NCBI RefSeq assembly: GCF_902459465.1 | Contig: NC_047062.1 | Span: 5,704,001-5,768,000 of the forward strand | Length of the DNA stretch: 64,000 nt | Direction: 5' to 3' | DNA from: Asterias rubens | Taxonomy: Eukaryota | In this document: piece after piece, positions 1 to 12,700 of the stretch | How the letters are laid out: every line of letters starts with the position of its first letter | Numbering within the stretch: the first letter of the stretch is position 1 | Program-made: the position numbers and the translations under genes | The notes under the pieces: generated by a model | Database searches by the model: none | What the model was told of the DNA's origin: nothing | The model's input: only the letters and a program-made list of their open reading frames with translations

Positions 1-1225
1 ATTATAACGTACTCTTTTGTTAACTCATTTCTTTGTACGTTTTTAATTTATATATCCCAGTATTCAAAAGTCGAATAAGCACAAAACAATCCATTCATCT
101 ATCATCGTAATAACTCTGGCTGGAAAGGAACTATTTGACAAACTTAATATCTTAACCTTTCTGACGCCATTAATGAGCTGTTAGAGCTACTGAATACAGA
201 AATATTCAGCAATGTGCAGTGTAAACACTAATGATTATAAACTGTACACAAAAATAGTGCAAACTTTTACTTCCTAAAAAAAAAATTGTTTACTTTTCGT
301 GCTCTATAAGCTTAAAATCAATTTGGGAGGGAACAAAAAAAATCTTTTGAATGAGCTCTCTGTAGCAGCCTACTAATATAGGAATTATTATGTACCTAGC
401 CAATTTATGAATGACACTTCTAAGTTTACTTTCAGTCAAATTTGTGGAGGAGGGCAATTATTTTTCTACAGTTGTTACACTTTTGTTGGTTGTTTTTTTA
501 AGAAATCAGATATATATACTTGTCAACATGACCTAATCTTTAACCAAACCAGGTGCAAAAACAGTGACAGATTTACTTATAATGGATAAACAGTAGTTTG
601 TTTGTTTAGATAATCTTCCCATCAAGGGAACTCAGCAAACTCCCACAAGGGAAATATAAACACCAAGCTGGTCCGATAAGATTGCAGGGGATGGGGGAAG
701 GGTAGCGGCAAAAGGGAAGATGAAGTTTAAACATTGTTATTGCCTCGTGTCAATTCAGATAAATTCTGAATTGCTTTAAGTAGTAGATCAACTTTATATT
801 TACATATACTTTTGTTTTCTCATCTTCAATTATTACAAACAGTTAGTTATACATATTACAAAAATCCCTGGACTTAAAATAGCTATTCACGTCAAATACT
901 TTTATTTGTGATTAAGTGTAGCCAGTGGTAGAAAGCTATTTTACAAATTGGCACGCACCTCACAGTTTCAAAACAATTTTGGACATAAAACTTTACATTA
1001 AATAGTTTTGTTGATAATCACAGTTATTGTACACAGCATAAACAAAAGAAGAAGTCTGGCTTCCCGTCATGAGAAGACCAAGGCAAATCACAATAAATTA
1101 GGGTCGTTATTTTCATATTGTTTGAAAGGCTGGGTATATGGACGTTCAGCTTATTTTTAAGTGTTCTTTCTTCACAAAACTCAACAATGTATTAGTAAAG
1201 GGTCAGATGTGGTTACAAGGTTACG

Positions 1226-1318
1226 AACCGAATCCGCAACCCTATGTTCCGACATCCCTATGTTCCGACATCCCTATATTCCAACACCTATAATGTATCT
1301 TCCTGATCCTAACCCTAG
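1226..1318 (+). repeat. Partial MITE-like element with tandem CCCTATGTTCCGACAT units and CCTAACCCT
   Basis: Three tandem 16-nt units; the same motif forms the ends of the 8671-8805 element. Confidence 0.55.
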
Positions 1319-1359
1319 CAGGTAGACTGTGAGGGTGTCGAATCAAAGAGCAGTCACCT

Positions 1360-1531
1360 AGGCACACTTTCATAGAGCTGCTCACGCACAACAAAATTAA
1401 TGCTTACCAGAGTAAGGTAACCAGATTAAAAACACATAGAACATGTACAAAATTTAACTGGTTCTGCGTAATTTGCTTAGCAGAGAAAATATACATTTTC
1501 TACTTGAAAGCAGCTCTATGAAATTGGGCCC
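1360..1531. mobile_element. Short TIR element (GGGCCCAATTTCATAGAGCTGC family)
   Basis: TTTCATAGAGCTGC...GCAGCTCTATGAAATTGGGCCC; internal sequence (ttatgcttaccaga...) shared with 46665-46821. Confidence 0.75.
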
Positions 1532-2746
1532 TTGTTATAATGCGAATCTATCACCAACACACACAACCCAAAACAAAGTTAAGATCAAATCATCATGTTG
1601 TGACACAGTCAAACATTTCTTGATGTACCGGTACCATAGAAATGAATTTTTTTCAATAGACCTTATTCATATGACTTCATTTTAGTAGGGTGCCCTCTGC
1701 TAGAGTTCCGTAGGATGCTGCTCATTAGCCCATCCTGGGTGACTTGCGTACATTATTGTGCGTTTTCCATTGCTTTATCATTGTTTTACCTCTAATATGG
1801 CAGTTGGATGACACCAATGCATAAGATTCATAGAGGCATGTCGCAACTTCTTATTGTGCCATACACATGCCACAAGGACAATGAGTAGAATCTAACAAAG
1901 CACTGTTCAGGTTTCATAAAAATAAAGATTAAGCACCAATTTTTTGAGCTGTGAAATTATCAAATCCATCTTGGTGTTTGAAAAATAGAGAAGAACATAT
2001 TTAAAGCTGCTCAAAAATTTATATCCAAACAGAATAATTTAATGAATTTTTTTTTTTCCTTTGTAACATGACAATTTCTTTCTATCGGGACCACTCTCTG
2101 TCACATACTGTTGATTGAAAAAAAGAAATAATAGAAATTAAAAAAATAATAAAACACGATTATTACATATTAATGCATCAACTTTTATCTTAATAAATAA
2201 CCAAAAATATAATCATTATATTTAGTATACAATTAGACGGCAGTTTTTTATAAGCATTTTATCAGATTACTATTTCAAATCAAAAGCAACACACTCAATC
2301 TTTATAGAAACTAACTTGTTTCTAGTAGATCAAAACTTAAAACAAGTGTAGTTCCCCCTCTCCAATGTATTTTCTACCTGTTTTGGTATCAATGCCTTTT
2401 AACATATTTATACATTTTTGTCTTCCACAAAGATTTAAAGACGACATGTAATTTACTGTACATCATATCAAACTTGGAAGCTTCTGGTGACAAAAGATGA
2501 AAAGCAAACAGCAAACATTATACACCAGGGGCAGATTTCATTGAAAACACAAACTATAAATAGGAAGGTTTGTATTAGGCATAACTTTAAACCGCCAAAA
2601 TCTTAGATTAGATGAAAAATCAATCAAGTCTGGTGTTCTTTCGCAAACCGTTTTTGTTTCTCTTCTCAAAACACACAAGTTTGTTTGAAGGACATGTTGT
2701 GGTTAAAACAATGGTGATTTTCGTTCATCTTGTTATTGTACTTTAA

Positions 2747-3124
2747 AGGCAGTGGACACTATTGGTAATTACTCAAAATAACTATTAGCATAAAACCTCA
2801 CTTGATAACGAGTAATGGGGAGAGGTTGATAGTCTAAAACATTCTGAGAAACGGCTCCCTCTGAAGTGACGTAGGTTTTGAGAAAGAAGTAATTTTCCAT
2901 GAATTTAATTTGGAAACCTCAGATTTAGAATTTGAGGTCTCTAAATCAAGCATCTGAAAGCACACAACTACGTGTGACAAGGGTGTTTTTTCTTTCATAG
3001 TTATCTCGCAACTCCAACGACCAATCGAGCTAAAATTTTCACAGGTTTGGTATTTTATGCATATGTTAAGATACTAACAGTGAGAATACTGGTCTTTGAC
3101 AATTACCAATAGTGTCCACTGTCT
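2747..3124 (+). mobile_element. TTAA-flanked MITE family A (Kolobok/T2-like)
   Basis: TTAA|AGGCAGTGGACACTATTGGTAATT...AATTACCAATAGTGTCCACTGTCT; about 380 bp, many copies in the window. Confidence 0.85.
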
Positions 3125-3288
3125 ATAAAAGAAAACAATCGAACACATGCCTTCATGATGACACGTAAGATCATTGGTTGCTAAAAGTGAGAATACTTGT
3201 CTTTGACAATTACCAATAGTGTCCACTGTCTTTAAAAGAAAACAATCGAACACATGCCTTTATGATGACACATAAGATCATTGGTTGC
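3079..3288. repeat. Tandem duplication (107-bp period) of MITE right end plus flank
   Basis: agtgagaatact...gatcattggttgc occurs at 3079 and 3186. Confidence 0.9.
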
Positions 3289-3843
3289 CCATTAAATCTT
3301 CCTTCAATAGTATGAGCAGAAGTCATTCAGAAGTTTTTTTTTTTTTTTTTTTGCTCTCAATATAAATACTCTTTAATTTTTGTCTTTTTGCTGTTAATAA
3401 ATATTCTTCCCTTTCTGTCTCATTGTAAACAGGATACATATTTCTTTTTCATCATACCATTTTATACACAAGCAGAATGAGGGGAGAAATTGCAAGAAAA
3501 AATAGAAACAAATAAAAATAGATTGCACCTCATTGACGCATAAATAAAGTTTACGCTCTTCACTAACAAAACAAAAAATACAAATTTAATTTTGACTTGA
3601 CCAATGGTAAATTATTATTTCTCCTCAACTTATACATGCATCTCTTTAAATTTTACAATAAAGTCACTGGTAGAACCAGTGTGATGGGTTGGGAGTCTAC
3701 CCCAGGCAAAATCAATCCAAGTGCCAAACTCTCTTTTTCTCCTGGTCACCCACTCCGACCCTGTTTTCAATTGACAATGCTGTTAACAAGCAGTATTCAG
3801 TGGGATGTAGAAATACTGTAGACACCTGACCAATAAAACAGTC

Positions 3844-3967
3844 CTGGGGTGGATTTCACAAAGAATTAGGACTAGTCTTATCTCGAGTTAGGACCAGTTA
3901 CTCGTCCTAACTTAGGACTATCCATGTAATTTGTATATCTCCTAACTCTTTGTGAAATCGACCCCAG
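3844..3967. mobile_element. Palindromic TIR element (GTCGATTTCACAAA / TTAGGAC family)
   Basis: ctggggtggatttcacaaagaattagga...tcctaactctttgtgaaatcgaccccag; four other copies in the window. Confidence 0.8.
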
Positions 3968-5394
3968 ATGATGTAATGTCCTGTGACCAACGTGGACATG
4001 TTACGAAATTAAATATTTTTAAACATGGCAATTTGTAACTACAATTTGTTGTTTTCTTGTTGGATGAACACATTTGGAAATCATTAATTACCATCTTAAA
4101 TCCCTGTTTTCAATCTTTGAAAAGTCTTAAAGAAGATCTCAAGATTTTAAGATACAGAGAACGTGCTCATTGAGCGAACATCATTTGAAACTAACAATAT
4201 TCACATAAAACGCTTTCATGTTTAAAATTCTGACTTCAATTTCACTCAATTTGAATAATACTATTTGCATTAACAGAAACGTCTGCATTTACGGTGATTA
4301 TACAAAAATTCTATACATCTTTGGGAAAACAAGTCAACAATTTTATAAAGTTTTGTCATAACCTTTTGCCATAATTATTTGGTCATCACATTTTCACTAA
4401 GAGAATTTCCCTGATAACCGGAACGCATACTCTAAATGAAGCAAGCTTTCAGTTACTCATTTAACAAATTGTGATACTAGACGTTGAAAGATGCTGCACC
4501 ATATTATCTTAACCAATGATAACATTCCAAACTTCAACATTTTCCTAGCTCCTTTTCAACAAGCCCACTCGAAAACATCCAAAGCTCACAAACTGACAAT
4601 TCCGTGTTTACATTTTACAATATCAAAAAACAGTGCATAATATTCACCACAGAAGATCAACTTCAAAATGGCACCTCATTGTACTCTAAGATACAGATTG
4701 GATCCTGGATACAAAAAAATGCAAAGTTTTAAAAATGGTTTTCATCAAATTTAATATTACAATCTCTTGCAAACATTCACAATTGTGTTACTACGACAAA
4801 CATTGATTTTGTAATGTATTATTTCAAATACAGTTCTTAGTTTTCTTTCTCTTTATACATGTACAAGTAAACTCTTCTTGTATTTGTGGGTTCTACTCTC
4901 AGTCTAATGATTGAATCTGCAAAGTTATGCGACTTGTAAGATTGTACCGTCCTCCAAATCCCTAATGCTGTCTTAATGAGGTAGTCTTGTTGACTTTTTC
5001 CCTAGGATTGTCAAAAAGTTAGATTCAGCTTAACTAGACTAGCAAAGATAAGTCCATTCAACCAAGACTATTGCGGTTAATGAGGGTTCTTAAAACAGCT
5101 AAATAATGGTGTTCCATTTAGAAAATGTGCTCCCAAATGGATGGTTTGATTGTGTCACCCAAATCACAGCTGCTATGACAAGAAATCTGTGGTTAACTCA
5201 AAGGCAGGTCTGCATGAATGCCTAGCATATAAAATCCATTTGTCATCTGACTCACAACATAATTATGCTTACCAGAATGAGTCTACTGGCCAAGACACCA
5301 TGTCACACCTACAATTTATGACAGACAATTTTCAGCAACATTTCCTGCTCAAACAGCTCTATGACATTGGACCCAGGTCTCTAAAATGCATTAA

Positions 5395-5766
5395 AGCCAT
5401 TGGACACTTTCAGTAAACAGTATTGTCCAAAGGCCTACACTTCGTGTATCACAGCTTATATATAAAATAAAATAACAAACCTGTGAAAATTTAGGCTCAA
5501 TCGGTCATCAGAGTCGGGAGAAAATAACGGGAAACCCCACCCTTGTTTCCGCACATTTCGCCGTGTCATGACATGTGTTTAAAATAAATCCGTAATTCTC
5601 GGTATCGAGAATTGATAATTGTTTTAATGTTTTCTCAAAAAGTAAAGCATTTCATGGAATAATATTTCAAGAGAAGTCTTTCACCATTACCTTCTGTAAA
5701 CCCTGTAAGTTATTTGTAAATCTGTGAACATTTATTTTTGTTCTGTCCCGAAAGTGTCCAATGGCT
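5395..5766 (+). mobile_element. TTAA-flanked MITE family B
   Basis: TTAA|AGCCATTGGACACTTTC...GAAAGTGTCCAATGGCT|TTAA; second copy inverted at 24147-24510. Confidence 0.88.
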
Positions 5767-5800
5767 TTAAAGGGATTAAAGCAGGGGCTGTAGCTCTTAA

Positions 5801-6178
5801 AGGCAGTGAACACTATTGTTAATTACTTAAAATAATTATCAGCATAAAACCTCACTTGATAACGAGTAATGGGGATAGGTTGATGGTATAAAACATTGTG
5901 AGAAACGGATGCCTCTGAAGTGTCATAGTTTTCGAGAAAGAAGTAATTTTCCACAAATTTGATTTTGAGACCTCAAGTTTAGAATTTGAGGTCTCGAAAT
6001 CAAGCATCCGAAAGCACACAACTTCGTGTGACAAGGGTGTTTGTGTCTTTCACAGTTATATCGCAACTCCACAACCAATTGAGCTCAAATTTTCACAGGT
6101 TTGTTATTTTATGCATATGTTGAGATACACCAAGTGAGAAGACTGGTCTTTAACAATTACCAATAGTGTCCACTGTCT
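5801..6178 (+). mobile_element. MITE family A copy
   Basis: TTAA|AGGCAGTGAACACTATTG...CAATAGTGTCCACTGTCT. Confidence 0.87.
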
Positions 6179-6576
6179 ATAATGATGCATCGTTCAAGAG
6201 GAACATAAATTTAAGAGGGGCAGAAATCCTGGCATGGGGTATGAAACCTTGTAACACTACCATGTGAAACAATTAGTTGTAGGTAAATCATTCAAAGCAG
6301 AAACTATTTATACAGCAGTGGTGGAGCACACTTAAAAGTTAGGGGCGGGAAATTTATATTTAATCACATCCATGTGCCATGAGCATTGCTAGTCTTTAAT
6401 CATTTTGTTAAGTAAAACGATTAGATATCTTGGTAGAAAGTGGGAGGCTACCTTTCCAAAGCTGGGGTAGGAGGCAACAGCCGCCCTGGATCGGCCACCC
6501 ATATGTTTTAACTCAAGAAGCCAGGTAATCTCAAACTTGTTGCTGTAGGATCGGAGAGTTCAGCAACCAAGTGTTT

Positions 6577-6723
6577 TCAGAGTCCGCACACTGGGGGATT
6601 GACATACCCAAAGATGTTGAGCTCTACCAAGATGGAGAGAGTGAGGAAGACGGCATAGAAACAAAATAGAATCACTCCAAGGCGCTTTGTTAACCTCCAC
6701 TTGTGGAAATGTATTGTACTGAC
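6577..6723 (-). CDS. SLC24A3/4: NCKX coding exon 18 (C-terminus, stop)
   Basis: ctataatag| [51 protein letters not shown]. Confidence 0.96.
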   Translation of the reverse strand, partial: VSTIHFHKWRLTKRLGVILFCFYAVFLTLSILVELNIFGYVNPPVCGL

Positions 6724-9700
6724 CTATTATAGAAGACAGAAATATTGAAAAGGATGAATGAAACTAACAGAGAAATCACAGTTGACAAACTTTAATATTT
6801 GTTCCCCTTTTCGTTCCACCCATCAACCCTGAACTCTATTTTTAAATATCTACATATATTGCCTATTAAAAATATTCAAATATTTTCTGTATGTCTGGGT
6901 TTTTTGTCCAGTCTCTTGTCCTAAATAAGGCTTCCCCAACACAAGCAACTGCTTATCTGGGTTTGTCTCTATTAACCCTAATTAGTTTTTTTTATTACTT
7001 CTTGATTAAATGTCAATTTGTATGCCTCAGTTATGCCTAAACAAATGTAGCTGAATTGAATTGAATTGTAATATATCGACTATTCAGAATACCCTGTACT
7101 GAACAACCAAGTAAAGCAGATTTGTTGTGATCAATTTTACCCAGCTCAAGATATTTCAATGACTTTTCTTGGCTTCCAGAATGCAACTTTGTGATTGGAA
7201 AGTTTGTTTTCTACCTTTTGTCTATCCATTTTCTATAAAATATATTTATTGCTATCAATGCACTACAAATACTTGTTGTTACTATTATGCCCCCATACTT
7301 ACAGTGAGTGCAACCGTTGCGAAGAGAAAGACTACAGAGTACAGAAGACCACGGCTGTTAATTTTCACCTGTAGAAATGAAAATGAAATCAAATCATTCA
7401 AAATGAAATTAAATTAGATAAGATTTCGTTTATATTCCAAATTTTAAAAAATGTAGAAATTCAATTTCCACAAGTAAATGGGTAATTTTATATTAAAGTT
7501 AACTACATAGGCGTACAGCACAACACACAGTAAAAAGACAAGCATTTAATATGAACAATCACTTTAATAGGTACGTCCTCTACAATTGTTCACTCATACC
7601 ATACAACCCTACCTAGCTTATTTTACAGATTTATATAATACAATACTTTTCATTGAAAAGAGGCTTATCTGAAATAATATCAAAATTGTCTGATAACCTT
7701 GGAACTAGCAAATGAACTTCATCAGGGTGTATCCATCAACAACAAAATACAAAAAATAGCAAACCTGTGAAACTTAAAAAATAAATATTCTGCCCTGCCC
7801 CCCCCCCACAAAAGTTCACCAAATGGGTTGAATTGGGCCTTCATTTCAAAATATTTCCAACTTCCCCTGTGTCACTGCCGACGGGTGCTAATGCCCCAAA
7901 TTCAACACCACAATATTTGTTTTTATAATCCTGGTTACGGGCCTGCTGTTCATGTTACACCTATTCTGTTCCCTAAATATTGCAGCTTACATTGTGTTGT
8001 GCACATCCAATGAATTATTATAAAACTAAATACAGGACTAGACACTAAATCAATCTTTTTCTATAAACAAAAACAAACAATCAATATAACGTCAATAGCT
8101 CACTGTGAAGTGTGATCAATGTTGTTGAAAATCAATTATCTTAACAAGTTGATTAAATTCACAGGCCAGTCTTTTATACAGAATGCAATATTGTTGGAGC
8201 TTCAACGATATCACTAACCATTATGCACACTTAACAGACAGTGGCTTCTATGATTCACCCTTAAAGACACTGAACACTGTTGGTAATTGTCAAAGACTAG
8301 TCTTCTCACTTATCTCCACATATGCATAAAATAACAAACCTGCGAAAATTTGAGCTCAATTGCGAAGTTGCGAAATATTAATGAAAGAAAAAAAAACACC
8401 CTTGTCACACGAAGTTGTGTGCTTTCTGATGCTTGGTTTCGAGACCTCAAATTTTAAATCTGAGGTCGCAAAATCAAATTCTTGGAAAATTACTTCTTTC
8501 TTGAAAACTACGTCACTTCTGAGGGAGCTGGTTCTCACAATGTTATCATCCTCTCCCCACTACAGGAATCAAGAAAGGTTTTAATGATTATAGTTATTTA
8601 GTGTCCACTGCCTTTAAATACACTGTCATAGGAAACACAGTGAGCTAGTGTGAATGGTCTGTATTTTGAAACCCCTATGTTCCATCAACCCTATGTTCCA
8701 AAAAAACTGGTAATACACTCTATAGGGTAATGGTAAGGATTAGGGTTAGGAAAATACACTGGGGGCGTCACAACATAAGGATGTCGGAACATAGGGGTGT
8801 GACCGAGCTAATTTGCCTTTGAGGAATTACACAAGAAAATGGAAATTGTTTATGTATTTGGCATTTGCTCCTCCTTGAAGCCTCCAAATTAAAAACCACT
8901 GTGTCAGTTAAGTAGCCAGGAGTCGATTTCACAAAGAGTTAGGACTTGTCTTATCTCGAGTTAGGAAGAGTAACTCGTCCTAACTTAGGATTAATCTTAA
9001 GTGGGCGGCCATTTAGTTTTATAGCTGGAAGTATCAATTAAAATTGCAAGCTCAAGACCCATGTGCTCACTTTCGACAGACTGACTCACCGAAAAGGATA
9101 TTGAATTTACAAAACTTACCACTGATCCATAATCGACAAATGTTGTCTTGATAAACCACGGAAGGGCAAGTCCAAGTAAGACATCAAAGACATTGCTGCC
9201 AATGCTGTTGGACACTGCCATATCTCCTAGACCTATAAATGAAAAACATGAATGAGAACAGTAACTAGCAGGCCGTAGGAAGCTCAAAGACATTGGTCGG
9301 GCCATTTTATGAGAAGCGGAGTTCAGAGTCAATGCAAACGCGAGGTGTGAAGCCATTATGGCGCGGGGTCTGGGGCCTGCTCAAGGAGAGGCTACATAAC
9401 ATTGAAACAAAAGATGGAAGTTGATTTCCTTGCTTGAACGATTTAAACATTATTTTCAAAAACGAGTTGCCTTGATATACAATACTAAAAATTGGGGGAG
9501 ACTTCTAAGTTCTAAAAAGTAGACAGTCTCCTGATGATGACTAGAGCAGGCATAATCAAAACATTGAGACCAATAATTAGTTACTTCGCAGCAGTAAAGT
9601 GAGTTCCCCTGGATCAAGCAGCTATTAAGTGGTAGTCCTAGCCCATTTTCCTACATACCCCAAGGTAGTACTTATTCTTTCCAGAACTCTGAAATCCTAC

Positions 9701-12700
9701 TGAACAGTAGTAGAGTAAAAGTTAACACATTAATCTAACAAAAACAACCTGCCAAAGCAAAGTAGAAATAGTTCCACGGTGTTCCCACAAACCAAAATAT
9801 TTTACAGCATTTACAAAAACACTAGGTATAACAATTTCTTTATTACCTTGTCTTGCTACTATAAGACTAGCCATGGCATCGGGCACACTTGTTCCGGCAG
9901 CCAGAAACGCAATACCCATCACAGTGTCGGGAATGCGCAGTGTGAACCCAATTAGCGCCACCATCCACACCATGACATACGAGAACAATGCAATCCACAC
10001 AATGGACATGAAGAACGTCACCATATACCAGTGTTCAAATCTAAACAAACAAAAAAAAATTCATGAAGAAGTACAAAGAAAAAAGTAAGCAAAAGTTGTT
10101 ATCGACACAATGGACATGAAGAACGTCACCATAAACCAGTGTTCATAATCCAAAAAAAAAAAAAAAAAGAAAAAAAAAAAAAAAAAAAAAAAAAAGTATA
10201 AGCAAAAATGTTCATATAAAAAGTTTGAATAGGTTCGAGTGGTCTATCGCTGCAAGCTCCAGTTCTACGACTGATAATCACCAAAACCACCTGAAAAGTA
10301 AGCAGAAGCAGGTTTCAGTTCTAATGATTGATTATCACTAGAACCCCCCTCAACATCACATAAGCTACAATCCCAGGCAGATACTGCATTGATGTCCTTC
10401 AGGAATGATGATTAACTTTAATCACTTCTCTTCACCCAGGAGTAGGGCCTAATTGGGTAGACCACTGTGTGAGGACAGAGTTCTCAATTCAGACTAATGC
10501 GCTACTTACTCAGCAGCACAGGCTGCATACTCCCCAGAGGGAGCTCAGACGGTTTAAGGAAAAAATAAATAGTTTGTCCAATGAATGTGTTGTAATACTA
10601 ATGCACTATGAGCGATTAGAGTCTACACCAACGCTATATCAATGGTCATTAATGCACTATGAGCGATTAGAGTCTACACCAACGCTATATCAATGGTCAT
10701 TAATGCACTATGAGCGATTAGAGTCTACACCAACGCTATATCAATGGTCATTAATGCACTATGAGCGATTAGAGTCTATACACCAACGCTATATCAATGG
10801 TCATTAATGCACTATGAGAAATTAGATCTACACCAACGCTATATCAATGGTTATTAATGCACTATGAGCGATTAGAGTCTACACCAACGCTATATCAATG
10901 GTCATTAATGCACTATGAGCGATTAGAGTCTACACCAACGCTATATCAATGGCTATAAATGCACTATGAGCGATTAGAGTCTACACCAACGCTATATCAA
11001 TGGTCATTAATGCACTATGAGCGATTAGAGTCTACACCAACGCTATATCAATGGTTAATAATGCACTATGAGCGATTATAGTCTACACCAACGCTATATC
11101 AATGGTCATTAATGCACTATGAGCGATTAGAGTCTACACCAACGCTATATCAATGGTCATTAATGCACTATGAGCGATTAGAGTCTACACCAACGCTATA
11201 TCAATGGTCATTAATGCACTATGAGCGATTAGAGTCTACACCAACGCTATATCAATGGTCATTAATGCACTATGAGCAATTAGATCTACACCAACGCTAT
11301 ATCAATGGTTATTAATGCACTATGAGCGATTAGAGTCTACACCAACGCTATATCAATGGTCATTAATGCACTATGAGCGATTAGAGTCTACACCAACGCT
11401 ATATCAATGGCTACTAATGTTTTAAAGATCATTCATTTATGTCATATGGTCACCATCATGAGTACCGTACCGGTAATATTTTGTATTTTTTTGACAAGGT
11501 GTGCGTACAAAATAATACAAAACAGGAGTTGTGGTTTAAAATGTAGTTAATATATTGGGGAAAACAATGACAATTTTTTATTTTAGAAGCCTTTTGTGGC
11601 AACTATTGTTCCTGTAAGATTTAAACAATACACATTTTGATGATAAACAGAAAACCTAGGATGAGTTTTTTCCAGAAATTTATTATCTTCAAAGACAGTT
11701 ATACCTTTTCCTTCGGCAGTCAGGAATTGTGAAGAATAGTAATGTAGACAGAGGCAAGCAAACCAACCATCTTATCACAGGTAACACACCATCTGGAATA
11801 AAGCAACGGTGTTGATGTTAGAATATAATTTGAAACAATCATACCATTGTGTTTTCTGCCGTCGATTTCACCAAACATCTTCCTAACTTAGGCCAATCTT
11901 AGGACTTAGGACGGGTTCAGTTCCGTATCCAAGTACATAGGACGCATTGAACCCATCCTAAGTTAGGACGGGTTGCTCGTCCTAACTCGAGTTAGGATTA
12001 ATCCTAGTGTTTCGTGAAATCGGCTGCTGCACTCTAAAGCAATGATCCCTGATGAGCAAATTATTCCGACCCTTACATCAAATTAACAAACATTACATAA
12101 CATTAAGTTTTACCATTACAGTACAAAAATACTGCAAGCCACAATACTCAATTAAGATTGAGCATTTAGGAGTTGGTTCAGTGATTTCTTTCAAGCTTCT
12201 CTCAGTGGACCCTGGTTCGAATCCCGGGCAGGAGCCTTGCATGTGGATTGGGTTTTCAGAACCTATTTGTGGTTTTCTTCTCACATCTAAAACTGAACTT
12301 TTCTACAATAATCTTCAACACACAGGTATCTATACAGACCTATGGGTAACAGTGCTTTATTTACTTTGGAGGGTTTATTTAATTCCATTTATTTTTGTTG
12401 TGAAGCCAAGGCCTCTCAGAAAAGTGAACTTAAACACCTAGACAAGAACCCAAATAATAATAATAATAATAATACCATTTATATAGCGCCTTTTCCTAAG
12501 GTTACAAAGCGCTCAGAGAAAGACAGGAAAAAAACAAAAAAGAGAATGCAATCAATAGAGAGAAGACAAGACAGGAAGGTTGAGTTTAGGTTGTTGGTGT
12601 AAAACCACAGCCTTCTTTTGCTGATGACAACAATTTTATGTTTCTGGTAATCTTGCACCATCACATAATAACCCTAATCTCGCTTTAGAGACCTGACTCA

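Noticed and set aside
1-5390. Long NCKX 3' UTR or polyadenylation site
   Set aside because: AT-rich with many possible signals on both strands. It cannot be placed without transcript data.
10599-11419. Repeat array as a CRISPR locus or as a repetitive protein ([17 protein letters not shown])n
   Set aside because: Units are contiguous with no unique spacers and there are no cas genes. The ORF exists only because 51 is divisible by 3; it is broken by indels and lies antisense within an intron.
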